64,000 nucleotides of DNA from Gemmatimonadaceae bacterium (GTDB taxonomy: Bacteria > Gemmatimonadota > Gemmatimonadetes > Gemmatimonadales > Gemmatimonadaceae). Location of the stretch: NCBI GenBank assembly GCA_035633115.1, contig DASQFN010000031.1, positions 3,624-67,623 of the forward strand. Reading direction: 5' to 3'. Of this stretch, positions 26,997 through 37,108 are shown piece after piece. Each line of letters starts with the position of its first letter. The first letter of the stretch is position 1. A program made the position numbers and the translations under genes. The notes beneath the pieces were generated by a model. The model did not search any database. It was not told the origin of the DNA and worked only from the letters and a program-made list of their open reading frames with translations.

Positions 26997-29900
26997 GTGC
27001 ACGAGCCCCAGGTCGGATCGAATCGCTCCAGGATTTTCGCCGTCGCCATCGCCGTTCTTGCGATCGCAGCGGTGGCAACAGCACTGTGGCTTTTCCCCCG
27101 CGCTCTCCCAGTCATCGAACTGGAGCAGAAGGTCACGCGCGACGTTGCGCTCGCGCGCGCTGATTCCTTCTTCCGCGCTCACGATCTCGCGCCGGCGCGT
27201 GCGCGAACCGCGGTTCGCTTTCAGGGGAACGACTCGCTCACGACTTTCATCGGCCTGGCAGGTGGTGGTCACGACTCACTGAATGCGCTTGTCCGTGGAC
27301 AGGATGTCGCTCCATTCACCTGGTCGGTTCGAGCGTTCGTGCCCGGCAATCCGCGAGAGGCGCGCGTCAGGTTCGCACCGGATGGACGCATTCTGGGCTT
27401 CTCACGTACGTTCGCCGAGGCCGACAGGCGCCCGGAGATCAGCGCGGATTCCGGGCGCGTACTCGCGGAGCATGTGCTCGCGACATGGATCAACGAGCGG
27501 ATGGATCGGTGGAAGTTCGTCGCGTCGTCGTACGAGACGAAGAAGACGAGCGGCCGCATCGATCGCAGCTACACGTTCGAGCGCATTGATCGCAAGCTGA
27601 CCGGCGCGCCGATTCGCGTCGAAGTCGCGATCGCGGGTGACACGCCGTCGAGGGTCCGGCCATTCGTCGAGATTCCCGAATCGTTCCGACGGCGGTACGG
27701 CGAGATGCGATCGGCGAACGACTTTCTCGCACTGCTCGCGGGTGTCGGAATTCTCGCGATCGTGATCGTCGGGATCGTCTTTCTCAACAGGACAGCTCGC
27801 GCCAGGCAGGTGCGCTGGCATCCGGCGCTGGTCGCTGGAGGCGTCGTTGGCGCGTTGATCTTCGCCGCCGGACTGAATGAGCTGCCGGGAAGCTGGTACG
27901 GATACGACACCGCAACATCGCCGGTGGCATTCCAGGCGATGATCGTCATCGGCGCGATAGCCATCGGTGCGTTTACAACGTTGATGGTCGGCTTCACTCT
28001 CACCGCGGCGGAAGCGGCCACGCGACAGGCATTTCCGCAGCATCTCGACTGGTGGAAGCTTTGGCGCTTTCGCGGCACGAGAGAGGTCGCCACTCGCGTC
28101 GCCGGCGGTTATGCAACCGCCTGCTTCGCGTTCGCGTACGTCACGCTCTTCTACCTGGCGACGCGAACGCTGCTCGGCTGGTGGGTGCCGAGTGCGCTGC
28201 TCGACGATCCAAACCAGATCGCATCGCCGATGCCGTGGATCTCCGGCATTGCAGCGTCGCTGAGCGCCGGCGTGTGGGAGGAAGCGCTCTTCCGCGCCCT
28301 GCCGCTTTCGCTGTTCTCGCTGTGGGTGGGCCAGCGAGCGGGACGCCGGTGGTGGATGACCGGGGCTGTTGTCCTGACCGCGATAGTCTTCGGTTTCGCG
28401 CACTCGAACTACCCATCATGGCCGCCGTACTCGCGCGGAGTCGAGATCTTCCTCGACGCCTGCCTGTGGGCCGTGCTCTTTTTGAGCTTCGGGCTGCTCG
28501 TCACGGTCATCGCGCACTTCGTCTACGACGTCGTACTGTTCGGATTGTTTGCGGCGTCCGGCACCGCCATCGAATACCGCATCTCGGCGGCGATCATCGG
28601 CCTCGCTTTGCTCTCACCCGCCATTGCCGTCGCGTGGCAGTGGGTGCGGCAGCGTGGGTTCGTGGCGTTGCCCGAAGACGCACGATTCGGTGCGTGGACG
28701 CCAACGGTCGAGGAAGAGACAGCGGTCGCGCCCGCACCGCTGAAAGAGCACACGCTCACGAGGCGCGCGACTCGGCTTGCGATGGTAGCCGTGATCATCG
28801 GCGTGATTGTCGCCATTGCGCGGCCGCCGCAGCCGACGCTTGGGCCTCAGTTCACGGCGGACCGTGCCCGCGTCGTGAGAGAGGCGGACTCGGTGCTGCG
28901 CGCCCGCGGCGTCGATCCGGCTGGTTGGCGAAGACTCACGCACACCGGCACCGACACGCTCGCCGCCTGGCCGAGATTCCTGCGCGAGTACAAACTCATC
29001 CCACGAGCGCAGGAGCTCGCCGCCACCTACGAGCCGCCGGCAACATGGGTCGTGCGCTACGTGCATACCGACGGTGCAACGGTTGAGCAGCGCACCGAGG
29101 AGTGGCGAGTACGCGTGTGGCCCGATGGACGGCCACTCGACGTGCGACACATCATTCCGGATTCAGCCCGTCGCAATGTTGCCGCTCCAGCCGACGTTCG
29201 GCGCATCGCTCTCGCTGCGCTTGCGCGCGAAGGTGTGAACACGGCCCCGCTTCGCGAGACGGAGTTCAAGGAAACCGCGCGTCCGTCGCGAAAGGATGTG
29301 ACCGTCACGTACACGGACACTGCCGTCAAGCTTGCCGCTGGCGCGGCGGCGAAGGCTTCGGTTCAAATCGCCGGCGACGAGCCGCTCGTAGCGCAACGCA
29401 GGATGGAGCTGCCCGAGGCATTCCTTCGTGCCGATCGACAGCGGCAGGCCAATCGAACGATTATCGGCGGACTGCTCGGGCTGTTGCTCGTGGGCGGGGT
29501 TATGACGGGCGCGATAATCGTCGCACGACGGCGCCCCGTGATCGACGATGGAGTTCTCGATCGACGAAAGACACTCATGCTGGTTGGCGCGGTCACTGCC
29601 CTCTCTCTCATCGACGGACTCAACGGACTGCCGCCGACCCTTTCTTCGTACGACACCTCGGAGCCGTGGAGCCGGTTCATCGGATCCACGGCGGTCGGTT
29701 TCGTCGGTGCCCCAGCCACTGCGCTACTCGTGCTTGGCGTATGGGTTGCGCTCGATGCGTTGAGACGACGCGTCGGAATCCCGATGTTGCGCGATGCGGA
29801 ATCTGGAACGGCATCTCGCGGCATGCTCGTCGCCGGGCTTGGACTCGGTGCCATGGTCTTCGCGATCGTGCGACTCGAATCGCTGGTGCCCCTGGGCACC

Positions 29901-30389
29901 GTGGCGCGCATCCCGCCCGTTCCGTCGACGCTGCTCGATCTTGCGCTGCCCTGGCTCGGTGAGGCGCCGAGCGTCCCGGTTTCCGCAATCATGACGGTCG
30001 CCGTCGTCGGCATTCCTATACTCGTCCTGGCCGGCATCACTCGGCGATGGGCGCTGCGAGCGCTCATCGCCGCGGTGGCACTCGCCCTCGTCGCCGCCAC
30101 CGCGATTGCATTTGCGCCGCCGGGCGAAGCTGATCCCGTGCGAATAATCCTGGCCGTCGTGCGAATGGGCGTGATTGCACTCGCACTCTATTTCTGGGGC
30201 ACGCTCTCGGCGTGGTCGTGGCTCGTCGCCGCCCTGGTGTTCAGCGCGCTCGGCGGACTTCGCTCGGCGGTTTACGCGCCAACGGGACAGGAGCAAGTCG
30301 CTGGTGCCCTTACGCTTCTTGTGGCGTCCGTGCTCATTGCGATCATCGTGCGACACACCCGAGCCGAAGCGAGACGTGCGCCCGCCTGA
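26997..30389 (+). CDS. Large CPBP (CAAX protease/Abi) intramembrane metalloprotease with duplicated soluble and TM modules
   Basis: WEEALFR, FGFAH, IAHFVYD motifs; many TM segments; internal repeat. Confidence 0.82.
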   Translation: MHEPQVGSNRSRIFAVAIAVLAIAAVATALWLFPRALPVIELEQKVTRDVALARADSFFRAHDLAPARARTAVRFQGNDSLTTFIGLAGGGHDSLNALVRGQDVAPFTWSVRAFVPGNPREARVRFAPDGRILGFSRTFAEADRRPEISADSGRVLAEHVLATWINERMDRWKFVASSYETKKTSGRIDRSYTFERIDRKLTGAPIRVEVAIAGDTPSRVRPFVEIPESFRRRYGEMRSANDFLALLAGVGILAIVIVGIVFLNRTARARQVRWHPALVAGGVVGALIFAAGLNELPGSWYGYDTATSPVAFQAMIVIGAIAIGAFTTLMVGFTLTAAEAATRQAFPQHLDWWKLWRFRGTREVATRVAGGYATACFAFAYVTLFYLATRTLLGWWVPSALLDDPNQIASPMPWISGIAASLSAGVWEEALFRALPLSLFSLWVGQRAGRRWWMTGAVVLTAIVFGFAHSNYPSWPPYSRGVEIFLDACLWAVLFLSFGLLVTVIAHFVYDVVLFGLFAASGTAIEYRISAAIIGLALLSPAIAVAWQWVRQRGFVALPEDARFGAWTPTVEEETAVAPAPLKEHTLTRRATRLAMVAVIIGVIVAIARPPQPTLGPQFTADRARVVREADSVLRARGVDPAGWRRLTHTGTDTLAAWPRFLREYKLIPRAQELAATYEPPATWVVRYVHTDGATVEQRTEEWRVRVWPDGRPLDVRHIIPDSARRNVAAPADVRRIALAALAREGVNTAPLRETEFKETARPSRKDVTVTYTDTAVKLAAGAAAKASVQIAGDEPLVAQRRMELPEAFLRADRQRQANRTIIGGLLGLLLVGGVMTGAIIVARRRPVIDDGVLDRRKTLMLVGAVTALSLIDGLNGLPPTLSSYDTSEPWSRFIGSTAVGFVGAPATALLVLGVWVALDALRRRVGIPMLRDAESGTASRGMLVAGLGLGAMVFAIVRLESLVPLGTVARIPPVPSTLLDLALPWLGEAPSVPVSAIMTVAVVGIPILVLAGITRRWALRALIAAVALALVAATAIAFAPPGEADPVRIILAVVRMGVIALALYFWGTLSAWSWLVAALVFSALGGLRSAVYAPTGQEQVAGALTLLVASVLIAIIVRHTRAEARRAPA

Positions 30390-30392
30390 CAT

Positions 30393-30911
30393 CTAATGCC
30401 GCAGGGCGGACACCCCGACAAGAGCGAGACCGAGCACAACGAGTGACACGTGAAGCCCGACGAGCGCCCACCGGCCAGGCGAGAACGGTGCGTGAAGCCA
30501 GGCGGGGACGGGCAACCATCTGAACCAGAACCAGACGCCAAGTACGCCGCCGCTCAGGATGCCCGCTGTTAAAAGGAGCCAACCCGTTCGCGCAATCTGC
30601 TCATCGGGTAGTTCGCTTGCGCAGATGATCAGCAGCGGCACTCCAACCAGTCCGGACGGAAGCGCCAGCAGGTATCTGAGCCTCGGCCGCCGGAGGCTGA
30701 ACATCAAAATGGAAGGCATCAGCAACCACCCCAGCGCCAGACTCGCGCTGAACCCCGGGTGCGCATCGAGCGTGACGGTTGCAAGCAGCCACACGAGCCC
30801 GAGCGCGATCGAGCTGACAAGAGCCAGGCGAATGACGCGCCTGGCGAATGCTGCATCGCTTGTCAGCTCGACCGGTTGCGACGTCGTCGCTTGCGGGCCG
30901 CGCGCTCCCAT
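30393..30911 (-). CDS. Hypothetical membrane protein
   Basis: About five hydrophobic segments; in operon. Confidence 0.6.
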   Translation of the reverse strand: MGARGPQATTSQPVELTSDAAFARRVIRLALVSSIALGLVWLLATVTLDAHPGFSASLALGWLLMPSILMFSLRRPRLRYLLALPSGLVGVPLLIICASELPDEQIARTGWLLLTAGILSGGVLGVWFWFRWLPVPAWLHAPFSPGRWALVGLHVSLVVLGLALVGVSALRH

Positions 30912-30917
30912 CGGCTG

Positions 30918-31331
30918 CTACGCGCTCGCACCTTCCCGGGCGTCAGGTAATGAAGCCGCCCACCGCAGACACGCGACAAAGAGCACCAGGAAAATCAGAT
31001 CGAACACAGCGAACCAGGCGAACACCGCGTGGAGCAGCTGATTAATCATGAGATAGTATGCGGCCAACCCTACATAGATGGCCTTGTAAACGATGCCAAG
31101 CCGTACCAGGTCGAGGTTTCGGATGATGTTCCGCGAGACATACCAGTAACCCAGTCCCTGCACGAAAACATAGGCCGTCGTGATGTGGAGATACGAGACG
31201 TGCCCGGGCGGCTCGATGGCGAGTGATTCGAAAATCGGCCTCCACGCAAGAAAAAACACTGCTCCGATAATCATGTCATATGCCGCGCCCACAAGAAAAA
31301 CCGTTTTGTAAAAGCCTTGTTTGTCGGTCAT
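30918..31331 (-). CDS. Small 4-TM membrane protein
   Basis: Likely start ATG 31331 (MTDKQGFYK), overlapping the radical SAM stop. Confidence 0.6.
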   Translation of the reverse strand: MTDKQGFYKTVFLVGAAYDMIIGAVFFLAWRPIFESLAIEPPGHVSYLHITTAYVFVQGLGYWYVSRNIIRNLDLVRLGIVYKAIYVGLAAYYLMINQLLHAVFAWFAVFDLIFLVLFVACLRWAASLPDAREGASA

Positions 31332-32665
31332 CGGTCGATTCCCTCCGCGATTGGGGTTGGCTGCCAACGTTTCTTGTACTGCCGCCTGAACGCGCGCATG
31401 CGGGCCTTCTTCTCCGCAGCGGAATACAGCTGCTGGCCGAGCTCGAGGAGCCCGCGCTCGAGCTCGGCGACTGACATTCCATCCGGACGAAAGTTGACAT
31501 CGAACAAAGTGCATTTCTCCCACGCCGTCTCATCCAGCAGACGGTCGTCCGCCCGCAACCGCTCGTACAGCGGCGTGCCCGGGAACGCAGTCATCACCGT
31601 TATCTGCACCTCGCCGAGGCCGCTCTCCTCGACGAAACGGTGCACGTCCTGGAAAACTGCCGGTGTGTGACCGTCCAGTCCGAGAACGAAGCAGCCCGTG
31701 ACAAGGATGCCGTTTGACTGGATACGCTCAATGGCTTCCCTGTATCGGTCGAATCTCTCACTCTTCCAGTTACGGTTGAGCTCGATTCCATTCAAGCCGG
31801 CTGGAGTGGGGCTTTCGAGTCCCACGAGAATCTGGACGCAGCCCGACTCGCGCATAAGGGTGAGGAGCTCGACATCGTCGGCCACGGAGATATCCGTCTC
31901 AGTGAACCAGCGAATTCCCTCGTCGCCGAGCGCCCGCATCAAGTCCTTCGAGCGCCGTTTGTTGACGAAGCTGTTGTCATCGGCGAACTCGATGAACGGA
32001 CGTGGCCAGAGGGCCTTTATCGCGCGGATCTCGGCGACCACCCTCGAGATGGACTTGAGCTTGTACCTGCTGGTGAGCGTGATGGAGCTCGCGCAGAACT
32101 CGCACCGCCACGGACAGCCGCGCTGTGTCTGGACAGTCAGCCGGTTGTATTTCGCAGGGTCGAGCAGCTCGAAGCGTGGCATCGGTGCCTCGTCGAGGTT
32201 GAACTCCTGACCGCGGGCATGGTAGAGGCATTGCGGTCGTCCAGCTTCGAGATCACACAGCAGTGACGGCCAGCTCAGCTCGCCCTCACCAACCACAACA
32301 ATATCGAAATGGCGGAGCGCCTCGTCCGGCAGGGCGGTCGCGTGCAGGCCCCCGATCACTGTCCTCGTTCCAGTTTCGCGGTAGCGTCGTGCCACTTCGT
32401 ACGCGTCCTTCACCTGTGCGGTCATCGTCGAGACAGCGGCAAGATCACATGGTGGCAGCTCGCCGAGCTCACGCAGATCGGCAATCTCGTGGTAGGATAT
32501 CTCGAACCTGTCGGGCGTCATGCCGGCCAGCGTAAGGAGTGACAGACTCGGCAGCGAGGCTATCGTCCGGCCGCGCTCGGCAAAGCCGGGCAGCGTCATG
32601 CCGATGCGCGTGAGCTCCTCGTTGAACGCTCGAACGCCGCTCATCGCAATGAGGGCAATTCTCAT
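31328..32665 (-). CDS. Cobalamin-binding radical SAM protein
   Basis: N-terminal B12-binding-like domain (GGLHAT...GEGE); RGCPWRCEFC CxxxCxxC motif; FADDN; TAFPGT. Confidence 0.9.
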   Translation of the reverse strand: MRIALIAMSGVRAFNEELTRIGMTLPGFAERGRTIASLPSLSLLTLAGMTPDRFEISYHEIADLRELGELPPCDLAAVSTMTAQVKDAYEVARRYRETGTRTVIGGLHATALPDEALRHFDIVVVGEGELSWPSLLCDLEAGRPQCLYHARGQEFNLDEAPMPRFELLDPAKYNRLTVQTQRGCPWRCEFCASSITLTSRYKLKSISRVVAEIRAIKALWPRPFIEFADDNSFVNKRRSKDLMRALGDEGIRWFTETDISVADDVELLTLMRESGCVQILVGLESPTPAGLNGIELNRNWKSERFDRYREAIERIQSNGILVTGCFVLGLDGHTPAVFQDVHRFVEESGLGEVQITVMTAFPGTPLYERLRADDRLLDETAWEKCTLFDVNFRPDGMSVAELERGLLELGQQLYSAAEKKARMRAFRRQYKKRWQPTPIAEGIDR

Positions 32666-34350
32666 CCCGACCCGCCCCTGCTCAGACGATTGCCGCCGAC
32701 GAGGCGAAGCGCTTTGCCAGTTCCTATCGCACTCCGCTGGCCGTCGCCAAGTGTGACCGCCCCGTTCACCACCACGACTGAGATTCCCACCGGATACTGA
32801 AACGGCGCCTCAAATGTCGCCGTGTCCGCGACTCGCGCCGGATCGAATACCACGACATCTCCGGCAAGTCCAACAGCGAGTCGCCCGCGATCGGCGAGAC
32901 GCACTCGCGACGCCGGCAGCGACGTCATCTTCCTGATCGCATCGCCGAGAGTGAGTACCTTCCGCTCGCGTACGTAACGCGCGAGCACCCGCGGAAAACT
33001 TCCCGCGCCGCGTGGGTGCGGACTTCCGCGGCGAGTGGGACCGTCGACAGCGAACGCCCCGCCGTCGGTGCAAACCATGCCGAGTGGGTGCGCGAGGATC
33101 CGCTCGAGATTGGTCTCGCTCATCGCGAATCCCACCATCCCGACGTCGCCGCGATTTCGTCGCAGGAGATTCACAGTCAGCTCGTATGGGTCACTGATCA
33201 TCGCCTTCGCGTATGCGCCGAGCCGTTTCCCTTCGGCCGCGCGATCCTCGGCGGCACGAACAGACGTGATCTGCGCATTGTCCCAGCCGCCTATGAGCTC
33301 GACCTTCGCCAGCGTTTCCTGGCGGATTTTCGGCGATACCGCGGGGTCGGCGAGTCGCGCGAGAAAAGCATCGGTCCCGCCGTCGCGGCTCCAGATCGGA
33401 AAGAGATTCGTCAGTCCGGTTGCGTACGCGACATATGGATAGCGATCGAACGCGACATCCAAACCGTCTCGCCGCGATTCTTCCACGAGGCGAAAAACCT
33501 GATCGAGCTTCGGCCAGTTGCGTGGGCCCTGCGTTTTCAGGTGAGAGATCTGGAGAGCGCACCTTGCACCGCGCGCAACGGCAATCGACTCGTCGATTGC
33601 TTCGAGCAGACGGTCGTCCTCGTTGCGCATGTGAGTCGCGTAGGGCAGGCGACGACTCGCGAGCGGACGGCACAGCGCAATGAGCTCGTCGCGCGACGCA
33701 AACGCGCCGGGAGTGTACTCCAGGCCTGATGACGCTCCGCATGCTCCGTCAGCTAGGGCGCGCTCGACCATCGAGGTCATTCGGGTGAGCTCATCCGGAG
33801 TCGCGGGGAGATCCGTGTCGCCGATCACCGCGCCGCGGATGGTGCCAAGTCCAACCATCGACGCGATATTGGGACCCGGGCGTAGAGCATCGACCGAGTC
33901 GAAGTGTGCAGCGAACGTTTTTTCGGGCGAGCCGTTCGCTCGGGAGCTACCGTCCGCGCCCACTACTATTGTAGTGATCCCCTGCCTGATGACGGATTCC
34001 GCGCGCGGATCGTCGGCGAGCGTGCCGTCGCCGTGTGAGTGGATGTCGACGAATCCCGGTGCAACCGCGAGCCCGCGCGCATCGATCTCCTCTCGTCCAC
34101 GCGCAGAGATGCGGCCGGCTATCGCCTGGATTCGCCCATTCTCAATCGCGAGATCCAGTTCGCGTCCACCGACGCGAGAACCGTCGAAGAGCGTCCCGCC
34201 ACGAATCACCAGGTCGTAATCGCTGCGACGCGCCAGCACAGCGGGAGCACAGGCGACGGCAAGCAGCGCGTTCCCGCTCGTGGCAACGAACGATCGTCGG
34301 CTGAGGGTCACACGATCATTGGCTATCACTGCGTCCTCAACATTTCCCAT
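32662..34350 (-). CDS. N-acyl-D-amino-acid deacylase (D-aminoacylase), Tat signal
   Basis: PGFVDIHSH, THMRNE, ISHLK, HPRGAGSFPR; SRRSFV. Confidence 0.9.
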   Translation of the reverse strand: MGNVEDAVIANDRVTLSRRSFVATSGNALLAVACAPAVLARRSDYDLVIRGGTLFDGSRVGGRELDLAIENGRIQAIAGRISARGREEIDARGLAVAPGFVDIHSHGDGTLADDPRAESVIRQGITTIVVGADGSSRANGSPEKTFAAHFDSVDALRPGPNIASMVGLGTIRGAVIGDTDLPATPDELTRMTSMVERALADGACGASSGLEYTPGAFASRDELIALCRPLASRRLPYATHMRNEDDRLLEAIDESIAVARGARCALQISHLKTQGPRNWPKLDQVFRLVEESRRDGLDVAFDRYPYVAYATGLTNLFPIWSRDGGTDAFLARLADPAVSPKIRQETLAKVELIGGWDNAQITSVRAAEDRAAEGKRLGAYAKAMISDPYELTVNLLRRNRGDVGMVGFAMSETNLERILAHPLGMVCTDGGAFAVDGPTRRGSPHPRGAGSFPRVLARYVRERKVLTLGDAIRKMTSLPASRVRLADRGRLAVGLAGDVVVFDPARVADTATFEAPFQYPVGISVVVVNGAVTLGDGQRSAIGTGKALRLVGGNRLSRGGSG

Positions 34351-34727
34351 GCAGACCGGGGACTCAGAATCGACAGCGGAGGTTTTCCTTTGACTTCCAA
34401 CAGATCTCTGTCGCCCGTGACTAGCATGTCGGCCTGCCCAGCCGTAGCTGACGCGACTACCCAAAGATCATCGGAGTCGCGAATACTCTTGTCGGCTGGT
34501 GAGGAAGGGCGTGCAACAATTGTATGATCCCGCAGCTGACTTTCAATGTCCCTCAGCTGCTCTTCGGACGCACCAGAACGACCTCCCAGCACTCGCCGCA
34601 ATTCCTGCAGGTTCACCTCTCCAGTGAGAACCTCGTGCTCCGCCAGGACGAGTCGCATGAGGTCGGCACTGAGGCCGCGCGCGGTGAAGGCGCTGACGAG
34701 GACGTTAGTGTCGAGGAACACCCTCAC
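34326..34727 (-). CDS. vapC: PIN-domain (VapC) toxin
   Basis: MRVFLDTNVLVSA...RDSDDLWVVASA...LVTGDRDLL. Confidence 0.9.
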   Translation of the reverse strand: MRVFLDTNVLVSAFTARGLSADLMRLVLAEHEVLTGEVNLQELRRVLGGRSGASEEQLRDIESQLRDHTIVARPSSPADKSIRDSDDLWVVASATAGQADMLVTGDRDLLEVKGKPPLSILSPRSAWEMLRTQ

Positions 34728-34945
34728 GAGACCGCATCGAACACGTCCTCATCCGTCAGGATTCCGCGCGCTTCGGCCAGCGGCAGGAGCCCGCGTCTGG
34801 CCTGCTCGAAGCGCAGCAACGCGATCTGCCGGCGCACCGCATCGCGGACAAGGTCGCTGCGGCTTCGGCCCAGACGCCGACTGAGCCGGTCCAGCTCTCG
34901 TTGGAGCTTGACATCGAGGCGAATCGTCACGCTGGCGTTCTTCAT
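34724..34945 (-). CDS. vapB: RHH/CopG antitoxin (VapB-like)
   Basis: VTIRLDVKLQRELDRLSRRLGRSRSDLVRDAVRR; 4-bp overlap with vapC. Confidence 0.82.
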   Translation of the reverse strand: MKNASVTIRLDVKLQRELDRLSRRLGRSRSDLVRDAVRRQIALLRFEQARRGLLPLAEARGILTDEDVFDAVS

Positions 34946-34963
34946 GTAATACAATGTAAGACA
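34945..34963. promoter_or_regulatory. Tandem TGT-N3-ACA operator boxes
   Basis: TGTAATACA (34945-34953) and TGTAAGACA (34955-34963) abutting the vapB start. Confidence 0.6.
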
Positions 34964-35017
34964 CAACCCTTTGGCGTCAATCCGTGCACGGCATACGACG
35001 AAAAACCTCGCGTGTTA

Positions 35018-35680
35018 TCAGGCGGGGAGCGCGTAGCCAAGGACGGCGATGAAATGGCACACGCTCCCAGCAGCAACGAACAGATGCCATATCATATGGT
35101 TGTATCTCACGCGCTTCATCGCGTAGAACGCAACTCCGCCGGTGTACGCGAGTCCGCCGGCCGCGATCCACAGGAGGCCCGCAGGCGGAACGTTGTCAAT
35201 GAGCGGCTTGATCGCGACGACGATCAGCCAGCCCATCGCCAGATACAGTCCTGTAGACAAATAACGAATCCGGAACCACCCCAGGATTTTCGCACCGATC
35301 CCGACCAGGGCAAGCGTCCAGATGATGGCCAGCAGCGTCCAACCCCACGCACCGCGCAATGGCCCGAGCGCGAAGGGCGTATACGTTCCGGCGATGAGGA
35401 GGTAAATCGCCGAATGATCCAGAACTCGAAAGAAGCCCTTCCACTTCGACAACGGCAGAGCGTGATAAATCGTCGACGTTCCGTACAGCAGAATGAGCGT
35501 CACCCCAAAAATCGTCGCGCCGGAAACCGCGGAAGGGTCGCCGCTCGCGCGGGCTTTCAGCCGCAGAATCGGAAGTCCGACTAAGCTTGCAATCAGACCC
35601 AGGCCGTGGGTGATGCTGTTTGCTATTTCTTCGCCGATTGAACGGTCGCGATCTGACATTGATCTATTGATTGCACCCAT
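35018..35680 (-). CDS. Hemolysin III (PAQR) family membrane protein
   Basis: EEIANSITHG, STIYH, DHSAIYLLIAGTYTP, HMIWHLFV. Confidence 0.92.
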   Translation of the reverse strand: MGAINRSMSDRDRSIGEEIANSITHGLGLIASLVGLPILRLKARASGDPSAVSGATIFGVTLILLYGTSTIYHALPLSKWKGFFRVLDHSAIYLLIAGTYTPFALGPLRGAWGWTLLAIIWTLALVGIGAKILGWFRIRYLSTGLYLAMGWLIVVAIKPLIDNVPPAGLLWIAAGGLAYTGGVAFYAMKRVRYNHMIWHLFVAAGSVCHFIAVLGYALPA

Positions 35681-35784
35681 TGCGGCAGCCCCACGCACCG
35701 TACATTCATCGACGAAAATCTGATGTCGTGCCAAGGTCCTGTGGTGTAGAATAATACTGGGACTTTTCATTCCGGTAATCGCGT

Positions 35785-36738
35785 ATGAACACGCCACTTT
35801 CCCGCAGAGAGCTGCTCAGAAACGTCGCCGTCTCGGCGGCCGGGCTGATGATTCCATTCTCTCTCTTCGACGACGACCTCGCGCGCATATCGGAATGGCT
35901 GGAAGATACTGAGTCGCTTGCCCTGTCCGACAGCGATCAGGCGCGACTCGCTGCATGGACCACGACGCTACGCCGTGAGGCGCCGGCTCCACGCAGACTT
36001 TCCCTCGGACGCAGAGCGATTCGCGTTGGTGAGCTTGCAGTCGGCACTCCTTATGAGGCCTTCACGCTCGAGGCGTATTTACGCGCCGGCGGCAATCCTT
36101 CGCGCACCGAGCCGCTCACGGTGTCGCTCAGCCGGTTCGACTGCGTCACGCTCGTGGAATCCTGCCTCGCAGTCGCCCGCGTCGCCGCGCAGACTCGTGA
36201 TCCGTCGTGGGATCGATTCGCCCGCGAAGTGGAGCGAATGCGGTATCGTGGTGGAAAACGCGGCGGCTACACGTCGCGATTGCACTACTTCAGCGAGTGG
36301 ATTTCAGACGGAGAGAAGCGTGGCCTTGTGCGCGACCTGGGTGCCGAGCTCGGTGGAATCGAAGACACTCGTCCGCTGCGCTTCATGACCGGGCATCGTA
36401 GCAGCTATCCGGCGCTCGCCAATGATGCCGTATTCCGCGCGATCGGAGAAATGGAGCGCAGTCTCGACAAGCATCCTCGTCACGTCGTACCGACGGCACG
36501 GATTCCTGAAGTCGTTGACCGCATCCAGACGGGAGATGTGGTGGCATTTGCGACGTCGATCCCCGGCCTCGACGTGAGCCACGCCGCGTTCGCTTATCGC
36601 GACTCGGGCGGAGTGCTCCGCGTGCTGCACGCTCCGCTTTCGGGTGGAGTCGTGGAGGTCACGCGGTCGACTCTTCCCGAGTACGTCTCCGCCATTCGTC
36701 GCGCCACCGGCATTCTAGTGGCGCGCCCATTGGGTTGA
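35785..36738 (+). CDS. DUF1460/AmiA-like NlpC/P60 peptidoglycan amidase, Tat signal
   Basis: SRRELL; GTPY...FDCVTLVE...RYRGG...RLHYFSEW...GLDVSHAAF. Confidence 0.88.
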   Translation: MNTPLSRRELLRNVAVSAAGLMIPFSLFDDDLARISEWLEDTESLALSDSDQARLAAWTTTLRREAPAPRRLSLGRRAIRVGELAVGTPYEAFTLEAYLRAGGNPSRTEPLTVSLSRFDCVTLVESCLAVARVAAQTRDPSWDRFAREVERMRYRGGKRGGYTSRLHYFSEWISDGEKRGLVRDLGAELGGIEDTRPLRFMTGHRSSYPALANDAVFRAIGEMERSLDKHPRHVVPTARIPEVVDRIQTGDVVAFATSIPGLDVSHAAFAYRDSGGVLRVLHAPLSGGVVEVTRSTLPEYVSAIRRATGILVARPLG

Positions 36739-36805
36739 CCGACGTAGACACCAAGGATTGGATCGGCGTCTGACCGATGTGGCCGAACGCCAGCGACGTC
36801 CGCTC

Positions 36806-37108
36806 CTATCCCTGAGACTCGGCGACGGCCTTCTCCAGGAGATCGTGCATCAGCGTTTGATAAGACTTGCCTCGGTCGGCCGCGAGGCGCCGCAAGTGCT
36901 GTAGGAGATTCGGGTTGATTCGAAACGCTATCGGTCGTTTCGTCGCGCCACCAATCGGGGGACGGCCGACACGGCGCATTGCGGCTAACTGCTCGCGGCT
37001 CAGGGGTGGAATATCAGAGAAGTCGATTGCGCTGTCGGGCACGTGCAGCACGTTCTTCCGAGCTCGCCTGCCGCGCGCTGATGACCCTGGTCGTCGTTTC
37101 GCCGTCAT
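36806..37108 (-). CDS. brnA: BrnA-family antitoxin
   Basis: IDFSDIPPL...RRVGRP...IAFRINP...SYQTLMHDLL; start uncertain (ATG 37108 or an internal GTG). Confidence 0.82.
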   Translation of the reverse strand: MTAKRRPGSSARGRRARKNVLHVPDSAIDFSDIPPLSREQLAAMRRVGRPPIGGATKRPIAFRINPNLLQHLRRLAADRGKSYQTLMHDLLEKAVAESQG

